From an uncultured Gemmatimonadota bacterium (GTDB taxonomy: Bacteria; SM23-81; DAOVCL01), in the NCBI GenBank assembly GCA_964626665.1, contig CAZVGK010000011.1, forward strand, positions 22,551 to 86,550: a DNA stretch of 64,000 nucleotides, given 5' to 3'. The notes below the pieces were generated by a model. That model saw only the letters and a list, made by a program, of their open reading frames with translations. It did not search any database and was not told the origin of the DNA. The position numbers and the translations under genes are program-made. Each line of letters starts with the position of its first letter. Within the stretch, counting starts at the first letter, position 1. Shown in pieces: positions 1-9,659 of this stretch.

Positions 1-1089
1 TAAAGTGTTCTCAACTGTCTGCTTTGTCTCTCCTATGTTCCCAATCATTACGGAAGTGTATATTTTAAGTCCATGCTTCTTAGTAAGTTCACATGATGCT
101 TTTGCCTCTTCCAGGGACACCTTTTTATTGATATTTTGTAAAATCCTTTCATCACCACTCTCAATACCATAAAAAATTAGCCAAAAACCTGCTTTTCTGG
201 CATAGGTGAGAATATCTTCATCTACTAACTTTCCATTTGCTCGCCAGGGACATTTAAAAATGACCTTCTTGTTTATCTCCCTTTTAATTATCTCTTTACA
301 GATATTCACAAACCACTTTTTGTTGACATTAAATGTGTCATCCTGGAAAAAAATCTCTCGAATCCCAAATTTCTTTTGCAAAAATTCAACCTCATCCACA
401 ATTGATTCAGGATCTCTAAATCTAACTTTTCTACTCCATAGGATATGCGAAGAGCAAAATGTACAACTAAATGGGCACCCTCTGGAACCCATCATTATCA
501 TTGTGGGACGTGCCCCCGTCGGAAACGGACCGGGATAACGTTCTATAGGAGTAATTAAATCCCATGCTGGGAAAGGAAGCTCATCTAAGTTCTGAATTAA
601 AGGTTGAGGAGGATTTGTAATGATTTGTTCTCCTCTTCTGAAACAGATACCCCGTATATTGTCAAATTTTCTATCCTGCATCGATTCAACAAGCTTCTGA
701 ATTGTAATCTCCCCTTCACCATAAACAACTATATCAATAGAGGGGGATTCGTATAAAATCTTCTCTTTAAGCACAGTGGGATGTACCCCTCCCACTACTA
801 CCTGGATATCTGAATTGACTTCTTTAATTGTTCTCGCAGTTTCACAAGCTCCTTTAGTCTGGAGAGTATTCATTGTAATACTTACCATATCAGGCTGTAT
901 TAGTTGCAATTTTTCTCTTATATCCTCCATGGAGAGATCCTCAATGTCTGCATCTATAATGGAAACAGAATGCCCCCTTTTTAAAAGTACGGAAGAGAGA
1001 TAAAGTAAGTTAAGTGGTGAAGAAAAACTTAATTTTCCTCCTGTATAGTGGGTATTCGGGTTTATAAAAACTATCTTCTTATAACTCAT
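1..1089 (-). CDS. B12-binding domain radical SAM protein (runs off the left edge of the window)
   Basis: Manual translation from ATG at 1089 (MSYKKIVFINP...). It has B12-binding-type motifs GGVHPT and GEGE, the radical SAM motif SRGCPFSCTFC, plus FQDDTF and GIESG. It is absent from the ORF track because no stop falls inside the window. Confidence 0.9.
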   Translation of the reverse strand, partial: MSYKKIVFINPNTHYTGGKLSFSSPLNLLYLSSVLLKRGHSVSIIDADIEDLSMEDIREKLQLIQPDMVSITMNTLQTKGACETARTIKEVNSDIQVVVGGVHPTVLKEKILYESPSIDIVVYGEGEITIQKLVESMQDRKFDNIRGICFRRGEQIITNPPQPLIQNLDELPFPAWDLITPIERYPGPFPTGARPTMIMMGSRGCPFSCTFCSSHILWSRKVRFRDPESIVDEVEFLQKKFGIREIFFQDDTFNVNKKWFVNICKEIIKREINKKVIFKCPWRANGKLVDEDILTYARKAGFWLIFYGIESGDERILQNINKKVSLEEAKASCELTKKHGLKIYTSVMIGNIGETKQTVENTL

Positions 1090-1431
1090 ATCACTACTGT
1101 CTGGTTATTAGTTGAATAAAATGAGGTTCATCTCCATTTTAGTTGATGGCATAGATTATTTATTTACAGATAGTTACCCAGAATGTGGAATTTGAAAATG
1201 GCCAACTTTTGATCTTTAAAGCTAACCAAATCATTGTTTTCTAAAGTCATAGAGCGGAAAATTTAGTGAAAATACATCAAATGCTAACTGTTTAATTAAC
1301 AACTGTTTAGCGACCTACAGATTTTGCATCTCTGGGTATTGCAAGCAAAATAGTTCGTCACACAACTCCTAATTACTCTGAAAGTTACAAAAGATCTAAT
1401 CAACTAAAATGGAGAAGAGCCGATTTTTTAT

Positions 1432-1677
1432 TTAATGGTCAGAGGGTTTTCTACTGAGAAGCCTAACCATCTCCTTGACTTTTCTTTCCGAGCTTGAGGC
1501 GGCCCGGCGGTTTTCTATCTGTAAGAGATGGTAGTTTTTCTGCTTGAACACCGGGGTATGCGGAGGAAGTCCCAGGAAGAGCCTGGCCTGGGGCTCCCTT
1601 ATCTCGGAGAGGGTGAGCTCGATCTGATCGCCAATCTGTAGCTTGTCTCCAGGTCTAATCGTTATATGGACCTTCAT
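1432..1677 (-). CDS. csrA: Carbon storage regulator CsrA-like protein (divergent)
   Basis: CsrA pattern GDKLQIGDQIEL...ENRRAA; overlaps the end of fliW, the usual fliW-csrA pairing. Confidence 0.75.
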   Translation of the reverse strand: MKVHITIRPGDKLQIGDQIELTLSEIREPQARLFLGLPPHTPVFKQKNYHLLQIENRRAASSSERKVKEMVRLLSRKPSDH

Positions 1678-2119
1678 CCTTTAAGTGGGCTTTTTTGATC
1701 TTCTCCGAGATTGGCTTCATCAAGGGGTAGCGCAGAGGATATGAGGGCTCTGACAGAACAACCTGTTTGGCCAACCTCATCTTGGGGTTGATCAATACTG
1801 GCCCCTTGAGATTGACTGTTGTCTTTCCATTTCCCAGCGAGACTAAGCAGTATACCTTTAGCTCCTTTATATCCTTCGCCCCCAAGCTTTTGAGATCCTC
1901 CTTAGATATCTCCGGTTCGTATTTTGGGTAGAAGTCTGCCGGCTCCAAAAGGGGGAACTTTAGCCTCTTTACCTCCAGAGAGAGGAGCCAGAGGAAGGGT
2001 TCATACTCCTTGAGCTGCAAGAGGAGATAGTTCTTAAAGCCCTCAAACCCTATTAGCCCTTGGGGAAATGTGATCACCTTTCCCACCTGGGATTTTTTCT
2101 TCTCTTTTACCCCAATCAA
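1655..2119 (-). CDS. fliW: Flagellar assembly factor FliW
   Basis: ITFPQGLIGFE, PFLWLLS, TVNLKGPVLIN...AKQVVL and YPLRYPL are FliW hallmarks. Confidence 0.9.
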   Translation of the reverse strand: MIGVKEKKKSQVGKVITFPQGLIGFEGFKNYLLLQLKEYEPFLWLLSLEVKRLKFPLLEPADFYPKYEPEISKEDLKSLGAKDIKELKVYCLVSLGNGKTTVNLKGPVLINPKMRLAKQVVLSEPSYPLRYPLMKPISEKIKKAHLKDEGPYND

Positions 2120-2185
2120 CTTTCCCCCTTTCCACCAGGATTTTAGATCTCCGGTGAGAGTACACCGCGGAGTCTCAAGGAATTA

Positions 2186-2245
2186 CATAGCGCGGCGAAG
2201 CCGCAACCAAACAACAGCCACGGATTACACGGATTTCACTGATAG
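2186..2245 (+). repeat. Dispersed repeat family (CGCGGCGAAGCCGCAACCAAA...CCACGGATTACACGGATT)
   Basis: Related copies at ~40421-40478 (reverse), ~44054-44100, ~55730-55765 and a partial copy at ~57081-57108. All are intergenic. Confidence 0.75.
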
Positions 2246-2386
2246 TAAGAAAGGTAAAAGTTCACCGGAATCGATTTCCAGAGGTCAGGAAATACCCCTG
2301 ATAACTGACGAATATCTGGTTACTGATCCTCGTGAAATGAAACCTTAATTCCGCGTTCTCCATTTTAAATTCGAAACTTCGCAGGT

Positions 2387-3097
2387 TTATTTTACCACCC
2401 CCAGGTCATTGACCGCTCTGCTCAGGGTCTGATCCTGCATTAAGATGGCCTTCTGATTTGCCTCATAGAACCTGAGCAAGCTAATCAACTCTATCATCTC
2501 CTTGGCGGGAGTTACATTGGAAGCCTCCAAGTATCCCTGCAGTAGGCGAGGGCTTTCCACTCTCTTGGCCTGGCTTCCGGGCAGGGGGGAGAAGAGTCCC
2601 TTCCCTTCCTTACGCAGGGGATAGGGGAGATCAAAATCTGTGATAAGGAATCTATCCACCAACCGGCCATTAACGAACACCCCACCCTGATCGTTTACGG
2701 TGACCTCGTCTCCATCTATGATTATGGGGCCACTCTCCCCCAAGACGGGGTCACCTCCCTGGGTAATGAGCAACCCATCCTTGTCCAGGCTGAAGTTCCC
2801 ATCCCTTGTATACCTCGTCCCTTTGGGAGTCTCCACCGCAAAGAAACCCCGACCTTCAATGGCCAAGTTCAAGGGTTCCCCTGTCCGTTGGAGGCTCCCC
2901 TGTCCAAAATCAGTTTTAGCCTCTAACCCCAAAAGCGGCAGAGGCTTACCCATAAGAGAGGAATATATTTCTCGGAAGCTAACGGCTTCCCTTTTGAATC
3001 CGGGGGTGTTTAGGTTGGCTATGTTGTTGGCTACTATTTCCTGTTGGGTGATCCTCACCCTCATCCCATTTGCGGAGAGGTAAAGTCCCGGCAACAT
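2387..3097 (-). CDS. flgF: Flagellar basal-body rod protein FlgF (FlgE/F/G family)
   Basis: ANNIANLNTPGFK, LAIEGRGFF, YTRDGNF and LQGYLEASNV; 236 aa. Confidence 0.85.
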   Translation of the reverse strand: MLPGLYLSANGMRVRITQQEIVANNIANLNTPGFKREAVSFREIYSSLMGKPLPLLGLEAKTDFGQGSLQRTGEPLNLAIEGRGFFAVETPKGTRYTRDGNFSLDKDGLLITQGGDPVLGESGPIIIDGDEVTVNDQGGVFVNGRLVDRFLITDFDLPYPLRKEGKGLFSPLPGSQAKRVESPRLLQGYLEASNVTPAKEMIELISLLRFYEANQKAILMQDQTLSRAVNDLGVVK

Positions 3098-3162
3098 ATC
3101 TCCTCCTTGACCCAGCCTAAGCGGAATCTGAGGTTGGTTAGGGTTGATTCATTTAGGGAAGT

Positions 3163-3178
3163 AGCAAATCTTATGCCA
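3163..3178 (-). promoter_or_regulatory. Sigma-54 (-24/-12) promoter upstream of flgF
   Basis: Minus strand reads TGGCATAAGATTTGCT (GG-N10-GC), about 65 nt upstream of the flgF start. Confidence 0.75.
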
Positions 3179-3539
3179 TCTATAAGATTAGCGGTAGAGT
3201 GATGAGAAAAGGTGCGGAGACATTGTAATTCCGCCTCTTCCTCGGAATTGTTATCCGAGGGGTATTAGTTAAACCGTCCCCCCTGTCGGGGAAAGCTTTC
3301 CCCCGTTTGGAATTTTTTTCCCTATCACCCCTGCAGATTTACTGTCCGGCTCAGCCACTAAACTAATAGTGGCGACTGCTATCGTGGCCTGTTACTTGGG
3401 GAATTCCAAAGGCTCAAACCCTTTTATCATTCGTCATTAGGATTTCACCTTTGACTCATTACCCACACTAAGCTGCGGTAGAACTCTTCCCACCCGTCTT
3501 AGTCGGGACAGGTAGATAGTTACGATTCGGCTTAATCTC

Positions 3540-3568
3540 TTGACACTTGTGGGTTTACCTATTATCTT
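3540..3568 (+). promoter_or_regulatory. Sigma-70-type promoter for the methyltransferase gene
   Basis: TTGACA-17 nt-TATCTT. Confidence 0.5.
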
Positions 3569-3694
3569 GTAAGAACTGACATTTATGCCTATCCGTTATC
3601 TTTGGATCCCGTTAATCGGAATCTCTATTGGAGAAAACCTTCGACGAGCTGAGGTTTTATCAAAGGGTAATGAACCAATAAATCAGCTAAAGCT

Positions 3695-4495
3695 ATGAAC
3701 TTGCAAAAATCAGAAGATCACAGCCCGGACTGGTGGAGGAGATATTATCCCGCTGTCTTTCCTCTCTGGGAGCCCTGGGGTGGGCTAATGGAGGAGAGGG
3801 CAGAGAGGGTCATCGGGTTTATGGAACAAAATTTAAATCTGAATCCAGGGAGCACTTTTCTGGATCTTGGTTGTGGTGAGGGAAGGCATAGCCGCTGCCT
3901 GGTTAAGCGAGGCTTGCTGGGATGTGCCCTTGACTTCTTCAGAGATAACCTTATCTGCGGGCTAAAGAGAAGCAGTGCCCAAAATCTCAATGGCCTGGGA
4001 TTCATCCAGGCCGATATGAGAATACTTCCCTTCAAGCCTCATAGCTTTGGCCTGATCCTGCTTATGGATACAACATTTGGCATATTTGACGATACTACTA
4101 ATCTGCAACTCCTGCAGGAAATCCGCCAACTATTTGCTAAAGGAGGGGTCCTCTTTATGCAGGTCCTCAACCCTCAGTTCTGGGTCAAGGATGAAGTGGT
4201 CAAAGGTTTAGGGAAGAGTGACAGATGGCCTGGGAGGTTGATGAGACGCTACCACTTTGATCAGGGATCGAACCTGCTTTATGACCAACTATGGCTGGAG
4301 GATGAGAAGGGAAGGGTAATCAGCCACTATCCCGATCAGATATTGAAGCTCTATCAAAGTAAGGAGATGAGGTCTCTCTGCCTCAAAGCCGGTTTCGAGG
4401 AGATCAAAATCTGCTCCGCTGCGGATTGGGGGCCACCGGATTCCCCCAATGAATTCCACACAAACAGCCCTGAATATTATGTAATCGCCAAATAA
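3695..4495 (+). CDS. Class I SAM-dependent methyltransferase
   Basis: Motif I LDLGCGEGRH; QADMRILPF; GGVLFMQ. Confidence 0.85.
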   Translation: MNLQKSEDHSPDWWRRYYPAVFPLWEPWGGLMEERAERVIGFMEQNLNLNPGSTFLDLGCGEGRHSRCLVKRGLLGCALDFFRDNLICGLKRSSAQNLNGLGFIQADMRILPFKPHSFGLILLMDTTFGIFDDTTNLQLLQEIRQLFAKGGVLFMQVLNPQFWVKDEVVKGLGKSDRWPGRLMRRYHFDQGSNLLYDQLWLEDEKGRVISHYPDQILKLYQSKEMRSLCLKAGFEEIKICSAADWGPPDSPNEFHTNSPEYYVIAK

Positions 4496-4831
4496 AAGCG
4501 TCTCTATCCTGCCCTAAAATATTACCCCGTGTGTTAAGAGCTGACTTGATAGTATAAGAATTCCCATTTTTAGACAGGATTGACAGGATGATCAGGATAA
4601 ATAAAACTCGCACCTCAATGCTTTCCTTGTGTGGGTTACATCTAAGCGAGTTAGTGGGTGGGAGACAGCTCCTGATGTCATCAAAAGTGTGCTGTCAGGA
4701 GTTACCTCTTCCGCCAGGAACCCCGTCGGAACGGGACTGACAGCCCTTGCGGATTGAATAAAAATCCGGTAAATCCTGTTATCCTCTCAAAAAAGCCTTG
4801 CCGAGATAAACCAAGTTCAAAGGAGGACACT

Positions 4832-5278
4832 ATGGCCAAATTGACAATCATCTACTATTCTCGCACCGGGAACACGGAGAAGATGGCAGAGGAAGTGACC
4901 CAGGGGGCAAGATCCGTGGAAGGGGTGGTGGTAGCCTGCAAAAAGGCCAAGGAGGCCACAAACGAGGGCCTCCTCTCCTCATCGGGAATTATCATCGGTT
5001 CCCCCACCTACTTCCGCCAGATGGGGGCAGAGCTTAAATCATTTATCGATAAGTCAATAGATGTCTACGGGAGGCTGGAGGGGAAGATAGGTGGGGTGTT
5101 CTCCTCCTCAGGCTCTCGCCAGGATGGGGAGAAGTGCCTCACCTCCCTCTATGAAGCCTTAGACTGCCATAGGGTAAATGTCATTGGAAGGGTTTTAGCC
5201 ATTGAGGCTCCAGGGGAGAAGGAGAAGAGGAAATGCAGGGAACTGGGAGCGAAGATAGCCAGAAAGATCTTGGGCTAA
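4832..5278 (+). CDS. Flavodoxin / WrbA-like flavoprotein
   Basis: Start moved to ATG 4832 after RBS AGGAGG. YYSRTGNTEKMA FMN-binding loop; GSPTY. Confidence 0.85.
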   Translation: MAKLTIIYYSRTGNTEKMAEEVTQGARSVEGVVVACKKAKEATNEGLLSSSGIIIGSPTYFRQMGAELKSFIDKSIDVYGRLEGKIGGVFSSSGSRQDGEKCLTSLYEALDCHRVNVIGRVLAIEAPGEKEKRKCRELGAKIARKILG

Positions 5279-5298
5279 AGAGGGTTCTCTAAAATCCC

Positions 5299-5469
5299 TT
5301 GCCTTCTGAGGGGGAAAAACCTATAGTAAGGTCGGAGAGGAGTTGATCTATGCCAGCCAACAATAGCGAGATTGAAAAACGCCCCTGGGATATGGCTGCT
5401 GAACTCGAGGTAAATTCTAAGCTGATTGTGGAGAATATTGTGCAATTGCTAAGGGGACAGGATGAGTAA
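5299..5469 (+). pseudogene. Internally deleted copy of hsdM with duplicated promoter (39-aa mini-ORF at 5350-5469)
   Basis: MPANNSEIEKRPWDMAAELEVNSKL matches the HsdM N-terminus and IVENIVQLLRG matches the HsdM C-terminus [11 protein letters not shown]. Promoter TTGCCT-17-TATAGT duplicates 6577-6605. Confidence 0.85.
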
Positions 5470-6481
5470 TGAGATAAAGGTTGCTGAATACTCGGAACTT
5501 TTACAGAACATAAAACAAAGAATTCGCGCTGCCCAGTACGAGGCGCTCAAGGCCGTTAACAAAGAACTGATCGGACTTTACTGGGACATTGGGCGGATGA
5601 TCGTTGAGCGGCAAGAGGGCAAAACTTGGGGGAAATCAGTAGTCCAACATCTTGCGCGGGATCTGCAGATGGAGTTCCCCGGGATAAAAGGTTTTTCAGC
5701 GCAGAATCTTTGGTATATGCGTCAATTTTTCTCTACTTACAGGGACAATAAAAAACTCCAACCACTGGTTGGAGAAATTAGTTGGAGCAAAAATCTCGTT
5801 ATTATGGGCAAATGTAAAGACGACCTCCAGCGGGAGTTCTACATTCGGATGGCCCGAAGATTTGGCTGGACCAAAAATGTGCTCATTCATCAGATTGAAA
5901 ACCAGACCTACGAGAAAACCCTGCTCGGCCAAACTAATTTTGAGGAAACTCTTCCGGAATCCATACGCCAACAGGCGAAGCTAGCGGTTAAGGACGAATA
6001 CACCTTTGATTTTCTGGAGCTGGGAGAGGAATACAGCGAACGTCAACTGGAGAAAGCGCTGCTTTCGAGGATGGAGCAATTCCTACGGGAGATGGGTGAT
6101 CTGTTTACTTTCGTAGGCAGCCAGTATCGGCTGGAGATCAGCGGAAAGGAATTTTTTATTGACATTCTGCTCTATCACCGTAAGCTGAAATGCTTAGTGG
6201 CACTGGAACTCAAGGTTGGTGAATTTCAGCCAGAATATGTGGGCAAGATGCAGTTTTACCTGGCGGCACTGGACGACAGAATTCGGCTTGAAGGCGAAAA
6301 TCCCTCCATCGGGATCATCCTCTGCAAGAGCGAAGATAAGACCATTGTAGAGTATCCTCTGCGGGATTCAGGCAAGCCTATTGGAGTGGCCGCATACAAG
6401 GTCGTAACAAAACTGCCAAAGGAGCTACAAGGCCAGCTTCCCACACCGGAGCAGATCGGAAAATTATTGGGGGGGATATAG
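5462..6481 (+). CDS. yhcG: DUF1016 / YhcG-family PD-(D/E)XK nuclease domain protein
   Basis: LYWDIGRMI, GFSAQNLWYMRQF, KDEYTFDFL, IDILLYHRKL, ELKVGEFQPEYVGKMQFY. Confidence 0.9.
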   Translation: MSNEIKVAEYSELLQNIKQRIRAAQYEALKAVNKELIGLYWDIGRMIVERQEGKTWGKSVVQHLARDLQMEFPGIKGFSAQNLWYMRQFFSTYRDNKKLQPLVGEISWSKNLVIMGKCKDDLQREFYIRMARRFGWTKNVLIHQIENQTYEKTLLGQTNFEETLPESIRQQAKLAVKDEYTFDFLELGEEYSERQLEKALLSRMEQFLREMGDLFTFVGSQYRLEISGKEFFIDILLYHRKLKCLVALELKVGEFQPEYVGKMQFYLAALDDRIRLEGENPSIGIILCKSEDKTIVEYPLRDSGKPIGVAAYKVVTKLPKELQGQLPTPEQIGKLLGGI

Positions 6482-6576
6482 GGTATGATGGAGATAAAGC
6501 AGACAACCAAGGCACAAAAGTTGGGGGGAGTAAGTAACCAGAAGGATTTTGGGCGGAAAATGGTTCTCAGATTCCC

Positions 6577-6605
6577 TTGCCTTCTGAGGGGCAAAGATCT
6601 ATACT
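6577..6605 (+). promoter_or_regulatory. Sigma-70 promoter of hsdM
   Basis: TTGCCT-17 nt-TATACT, followed by RBS GGAGGGGAG. Confidence 0.6.
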
Positions 6606-6627
6606 AAGTTTGGAGGGGAGTTAATTT

Positions 6628-8259
6628 ATGCCAGCCAATAATAACGAGACCGAAAAGCGTCTTTGGGATATGGCTGATGAACTGCGGGCAAATTCTAAGC
6701 TTAAGGCTTCCGAATACTCGATTCCTGTCCTGGGGCTGATTTCCCTCCGCTATGCCGACTACAAGTTTAGTCAAGCCGCGAAGGTGTTAGCTGGTAAAAG
6801 CAGTGGCCGCCGTCAGGTCGGTAGGGCAGATTACCATGCACGGGGTGCCCTCTACTTGCCCAGGGAGGCAAGATTTCGTAATCTCCTTGAACTACCAGAA
6901 GGGGAAAACATTGGCCAGGCAATTAACGATGCGATGAGAGCCATTGAGAGCGAAAATCCGGATCTCAAGGGTGTGCTTCCCAAAACCTATAATCGCCTGG
7001 AAAATGCCACACTCATCGAATTGATCAAGCTTATGGCATCGATCCCAATGAACATTGAGGGCGATGCCTTTGGCAAGATCTATGAGTATTTCCTGGGCAA
7101 GTTTGCGATGAGTGAGGGGCAGAAGGGCGGCGAGTTCTTCACCCCAACATCGATTGTCAAACTTATTGTGGCGATTATCGAGCCATTCTATGGCAAGATT
7201 TTTGATCCGGCCTGCGGCTCAGGTGGTATGTTTGTCCAGAGCGCTCGATTTGTTGAGGAGCACAAGAAGGACCCTAATGCCCAAATAAGCGTATATGGCC
7301 AGGAACGAGTTGCAGAGACTGTCCGCCTGTGCAAGATGAACCTGGCAGTCCACGGCCTGGCCGGTGACATTCGCCAGGGCAACACCTACTATGAAGACCT
7401 ACACACCGGCCCCGGCAAGTTCGATTTTATGATGGCCAATCCTCCTTTTAATGTAGACCGCGTGGACAAGGAGCGTCTCAAGGATGATCCGCGCTTTCCG
7501 TTTGGCCTACCTCGAGCGGATAACGCCAACTACCTGTGGATTCAAATCTTTTACAGTGCCCTTAACGATGCAGGCCGGGCGGGTTTCGTTATGGCGAATT
7601 CTGCCTCTGATGCCCGTGCTTCAGAATTGGAAATCCGTAAAAAGCTCATCCAGGATCGAACAGTGGATGTAATGGTATCCGTTGGTTCCAATTTCTTTTA
7701 TACAGTGACGCTGCCCTGCACCCTCTGGTTCCTGGATAAGGGTAAGAAGAACACGGACCGGCGGGACAAGGTTCTGTTCATCGATGTGCGGCACATCTAC
7801 CGCCAGGTCGATCGCGCACACCGTGAGTTCATTCCGGAGCAAATCGAATACTTGGCGAACATCGCCAGGCTATATCGTGGCGAGCAGGTCGATATAGAGC
7901 TTTTCGCACAGCGAATTAAGCGTCGTCTGGATGAATTTAGTAAAGACAACGAAAAAAAGGACCGGGTTCCTCTCCTTGAAAGGCTCTTGGAAGATCTGCA
8001 GGCAAATTTTCCTGATGGGAAGTATGTGGATGTGCCCGGCCTGTGCAAGGTGGCGACCGTACAGGAGATTGAAGCCCAGGGTTGGAGTTTAAACCCCGGC
8101 CGCTATGTCGGCGTTGCCAAGCGGGAAGATGAGGACTTCGACTTTCGGGAGCGATTGGAGGAACTTAACGAGGAGTTGGAGGTGCTCAATGTTGAGGCAA
8201 GGGAGTTGGAAGAACGGATTGCGGAGAATGTCGTGAAGTTGTTGGAGGGGAAGTGCTGA
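6628..8259 (+). CDS. hsdM: Type I restriction-modification methyltransferase subunit M
   Basis: [16 protein letters not shown] and NPPF (m6A MTase) motifs. Confidence 0.95.
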   Translation: MPANNNETEKRLWDMADELRANSKLKASEYSIPVLGLISLRYADYKFSQAAKVLAGKSSGRRQVGRADYHARGALYLPREARFRNLLELPEGENIGQAINDAMRAIESENPDLKGVLPKTYNRLENATLIELIKLMASIPMNIEGDAFGKIYEYFLGKFAMSEGQKGGEFFTPTSIVKLIVAIIEPFYGKIFDPACGSGGMFVQSARFVEEHKKDPNAQISVYGQERVAETVRLCKMNLAVHGLAGDIRQGNTYYEDLHTGPGKFDFMMANPPFNVDRVDKERLKDDPRFPFGLPRADNANYLWIQIFYSALNDAGRAGFVMANSASDARASELEIRKKLIQDRTVDVMVSVGSNFFYTVTLPCTLWFLDKGKKNTDRRDKVLFIDVRHIYRQVDRAHREFIPEQIEYLANIARLYRGEQVDIELFAQRIKRRLDEFSKDNEKKDRVPLLERLLEDLQANFPDGKYVDVPGLCKVATVQEIEAQGWSLNPGRYVGVAKREDEDFDFRERLEELNEELEVLNVEARELEERIAENVVKLLEGKC

Positions 8260-9485
8260 CATACACTACTTCCAATAACAATTGGGTCGTTTGCAAATTG
8301 GGTGAGATGGCTGAAGAAATCCGCGAACTCTACGAACCAACTAGTGCTGAACAATATCCATACATTGGGTTGGAACACATCGGCCAACGGTCGTTGAGAT
8401 TAACCGGAGTAGGCAAATCTACAGAGACCATAAGCACAAAGAAGGTTTTCCATGCAGGTGATATTCTCTTTGGAAGTCTTCGACCATACTTCCGAAAAGT
8501 TGCAAGGCCAAAGTTTGGTGGAGTATGTTCGACAGATATCACTGTGATTCGGGCAAAAGCGAAAGCAGATCAAGGATTTCTTCATTACTTTATCGCGAAC
8601 CAAGCATTCATTGACCACGCGACCAACATATCTGGCGGTACCAGAATGCCGCGTGCAAACTGGAAAGTCCTCTGTGATTCCAAGTGGTCCTTTCCCCCTC
8701 TCCCCACCCAACGCAAAATCGCCGCCATCCTCTCAGCCTATGACGACCTGATCGAGAACAACCTGCGGCGGATTAAGATCCTGGAGGAGATAGCGCAGAA
8801 CCTCTACCGCGAGTGGTTCGTTAAGTTCCGCTTCCCCGGCCACGAGAAGGCGCGCTTTGTCGACTCCCCGCTGGGCAAGATCCCGGAGGGGTGGGAGGTG
8901 GTAACGTTAGGTGGCACTTGCGAACTGAGGAAGGACAAGTTCAGAAAAGAAGAGCACGGGGAACTACCTCTCTTGAACTTGGCTAAGATGCTGCAGCGCA
9001 CTTTGTTAGTGGGTGAAATGGGAAAACCAGACGAACTCTCTACTTCGCGCATCATCTTCGAAGAAGACGACATCTTATTCGGATCAATCCGACCCTACCT
9101 ACACAAGGTTGTTCTCGCTCCCTGTCAAGGCGTCACCAATGTATCGGTGCTGGTCATCCGGCCTCGCGACGAAGACTTGTGGTCATTCCTAGCTGTGCTC
9201 CTGTCATCGATAGACGTAATTCGCTGGGCAGATCAACACAGCACGGGAACGAAGATGCCCGTCATTAAGTGGGACTCTTTGCAAACAATGCCCGTGCTGA
9301 TGCCATCTGAGTCGGTTCTTCATGCATTTGCGACTGCTGTTGAGCCATTGTTGCAGGCGATCAAAATGACATTTTCCCGGAATCAAAACCTCCGCCGCAC
9401 CCGCGACCTGCTCTTACCCAAGCTGATCTCTGGCGACTTGGATGTGTCGGAGCTACATATTAACCTTAGCCCGATCTATTCATAA
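8253..9485 (+). CDS. hsdS: Type I R-M specificity subunit S
   Basis: Two TRDs with conserved spacers [23 protein letters not shown] and [15 protein letters not shown]. Confidence 0.95.
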   Translation: MLTYTTSNNNWVVCKLGEMAEEIRELYEPTSAEQYPYIGLEHIGQRSLRLTGVGKSTETISTKKVFHAGDILFGSLRPYFRKVARPKFGGVCSTDITVIRAKAKADQGFLHYFIANQAFIDHATNISGGTRMPRANWKVLCDSKWSFPPLPTQRKIAAILSAYDDLIENNLRRIKILEEIAQNLYREWFVKFRFPGHEKARFVDSPLGKIPEGWEVVTLGGTCELRKDKFRKEEHGELPLLNLAKMLQRTLLVGEMGKPDELSTSRIIFEEDDILFGSIRPYLHKVVLAPCQGVTNVSVLVIRPRDEDLWSFLAVLLSSIDVIRWADQHSTGTKMPVIKWDSLQTMPVLMPSESVLHAFATAVEPLLQAIKMTFSRNQNLRRTRDLLLPKLISGDLDVSELHINLSPIYS

Positions 9486-9643
9486 ATCAGGGTGAGTATC
9501 TCCGATACTCATGGATTTTATGTCGTAGGGACAGGGCTTCAGCCCTGTCCGGAGGAAGCGGACAGACATAAATGGCTGTCCTTACGGAATGACCAGATAA
9601 CCTCTGGATAAAGGGACCGTCATTAGTTTATGAACAATGCAGG
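9470..9643. mobile_element. MITE (174 bp) with imperfect TIRs, TTAG target duplication and an internal GTAG-type REP pair
   Basis: Ends CCCGATCTATTCATAAA and TTTATGAACAATGCAGG, flanked by TTAG at 9466-9469 and 9644-9647. Internal GTAGGGACAGGGCTTCAGCCCTGTCC palindrome. Confidence 0.8.
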
Positions 9644-9659
9644 TTAGGGAGGATAACCA

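Noticed and set aside
206-1003. Plus-strand ORFs 206-538 and 776-1003
   Set aside because: Antisense shadows of the radical SAM gene.
3325-3420. Possible riboswitch (e.g. c-di-GMP) upstream of the flagellar genes
   Set aside because: A hairpin is present (GCCACTA/TAGTGGC), but I found no recognisable aptamer consensus on either strand.
4620-4750. Possible FMN riboswitch upstream of the flavodoxin gene
   Set aside because: It lacks the conserved FMN aptamer sequences and lies between repeat-family ends.
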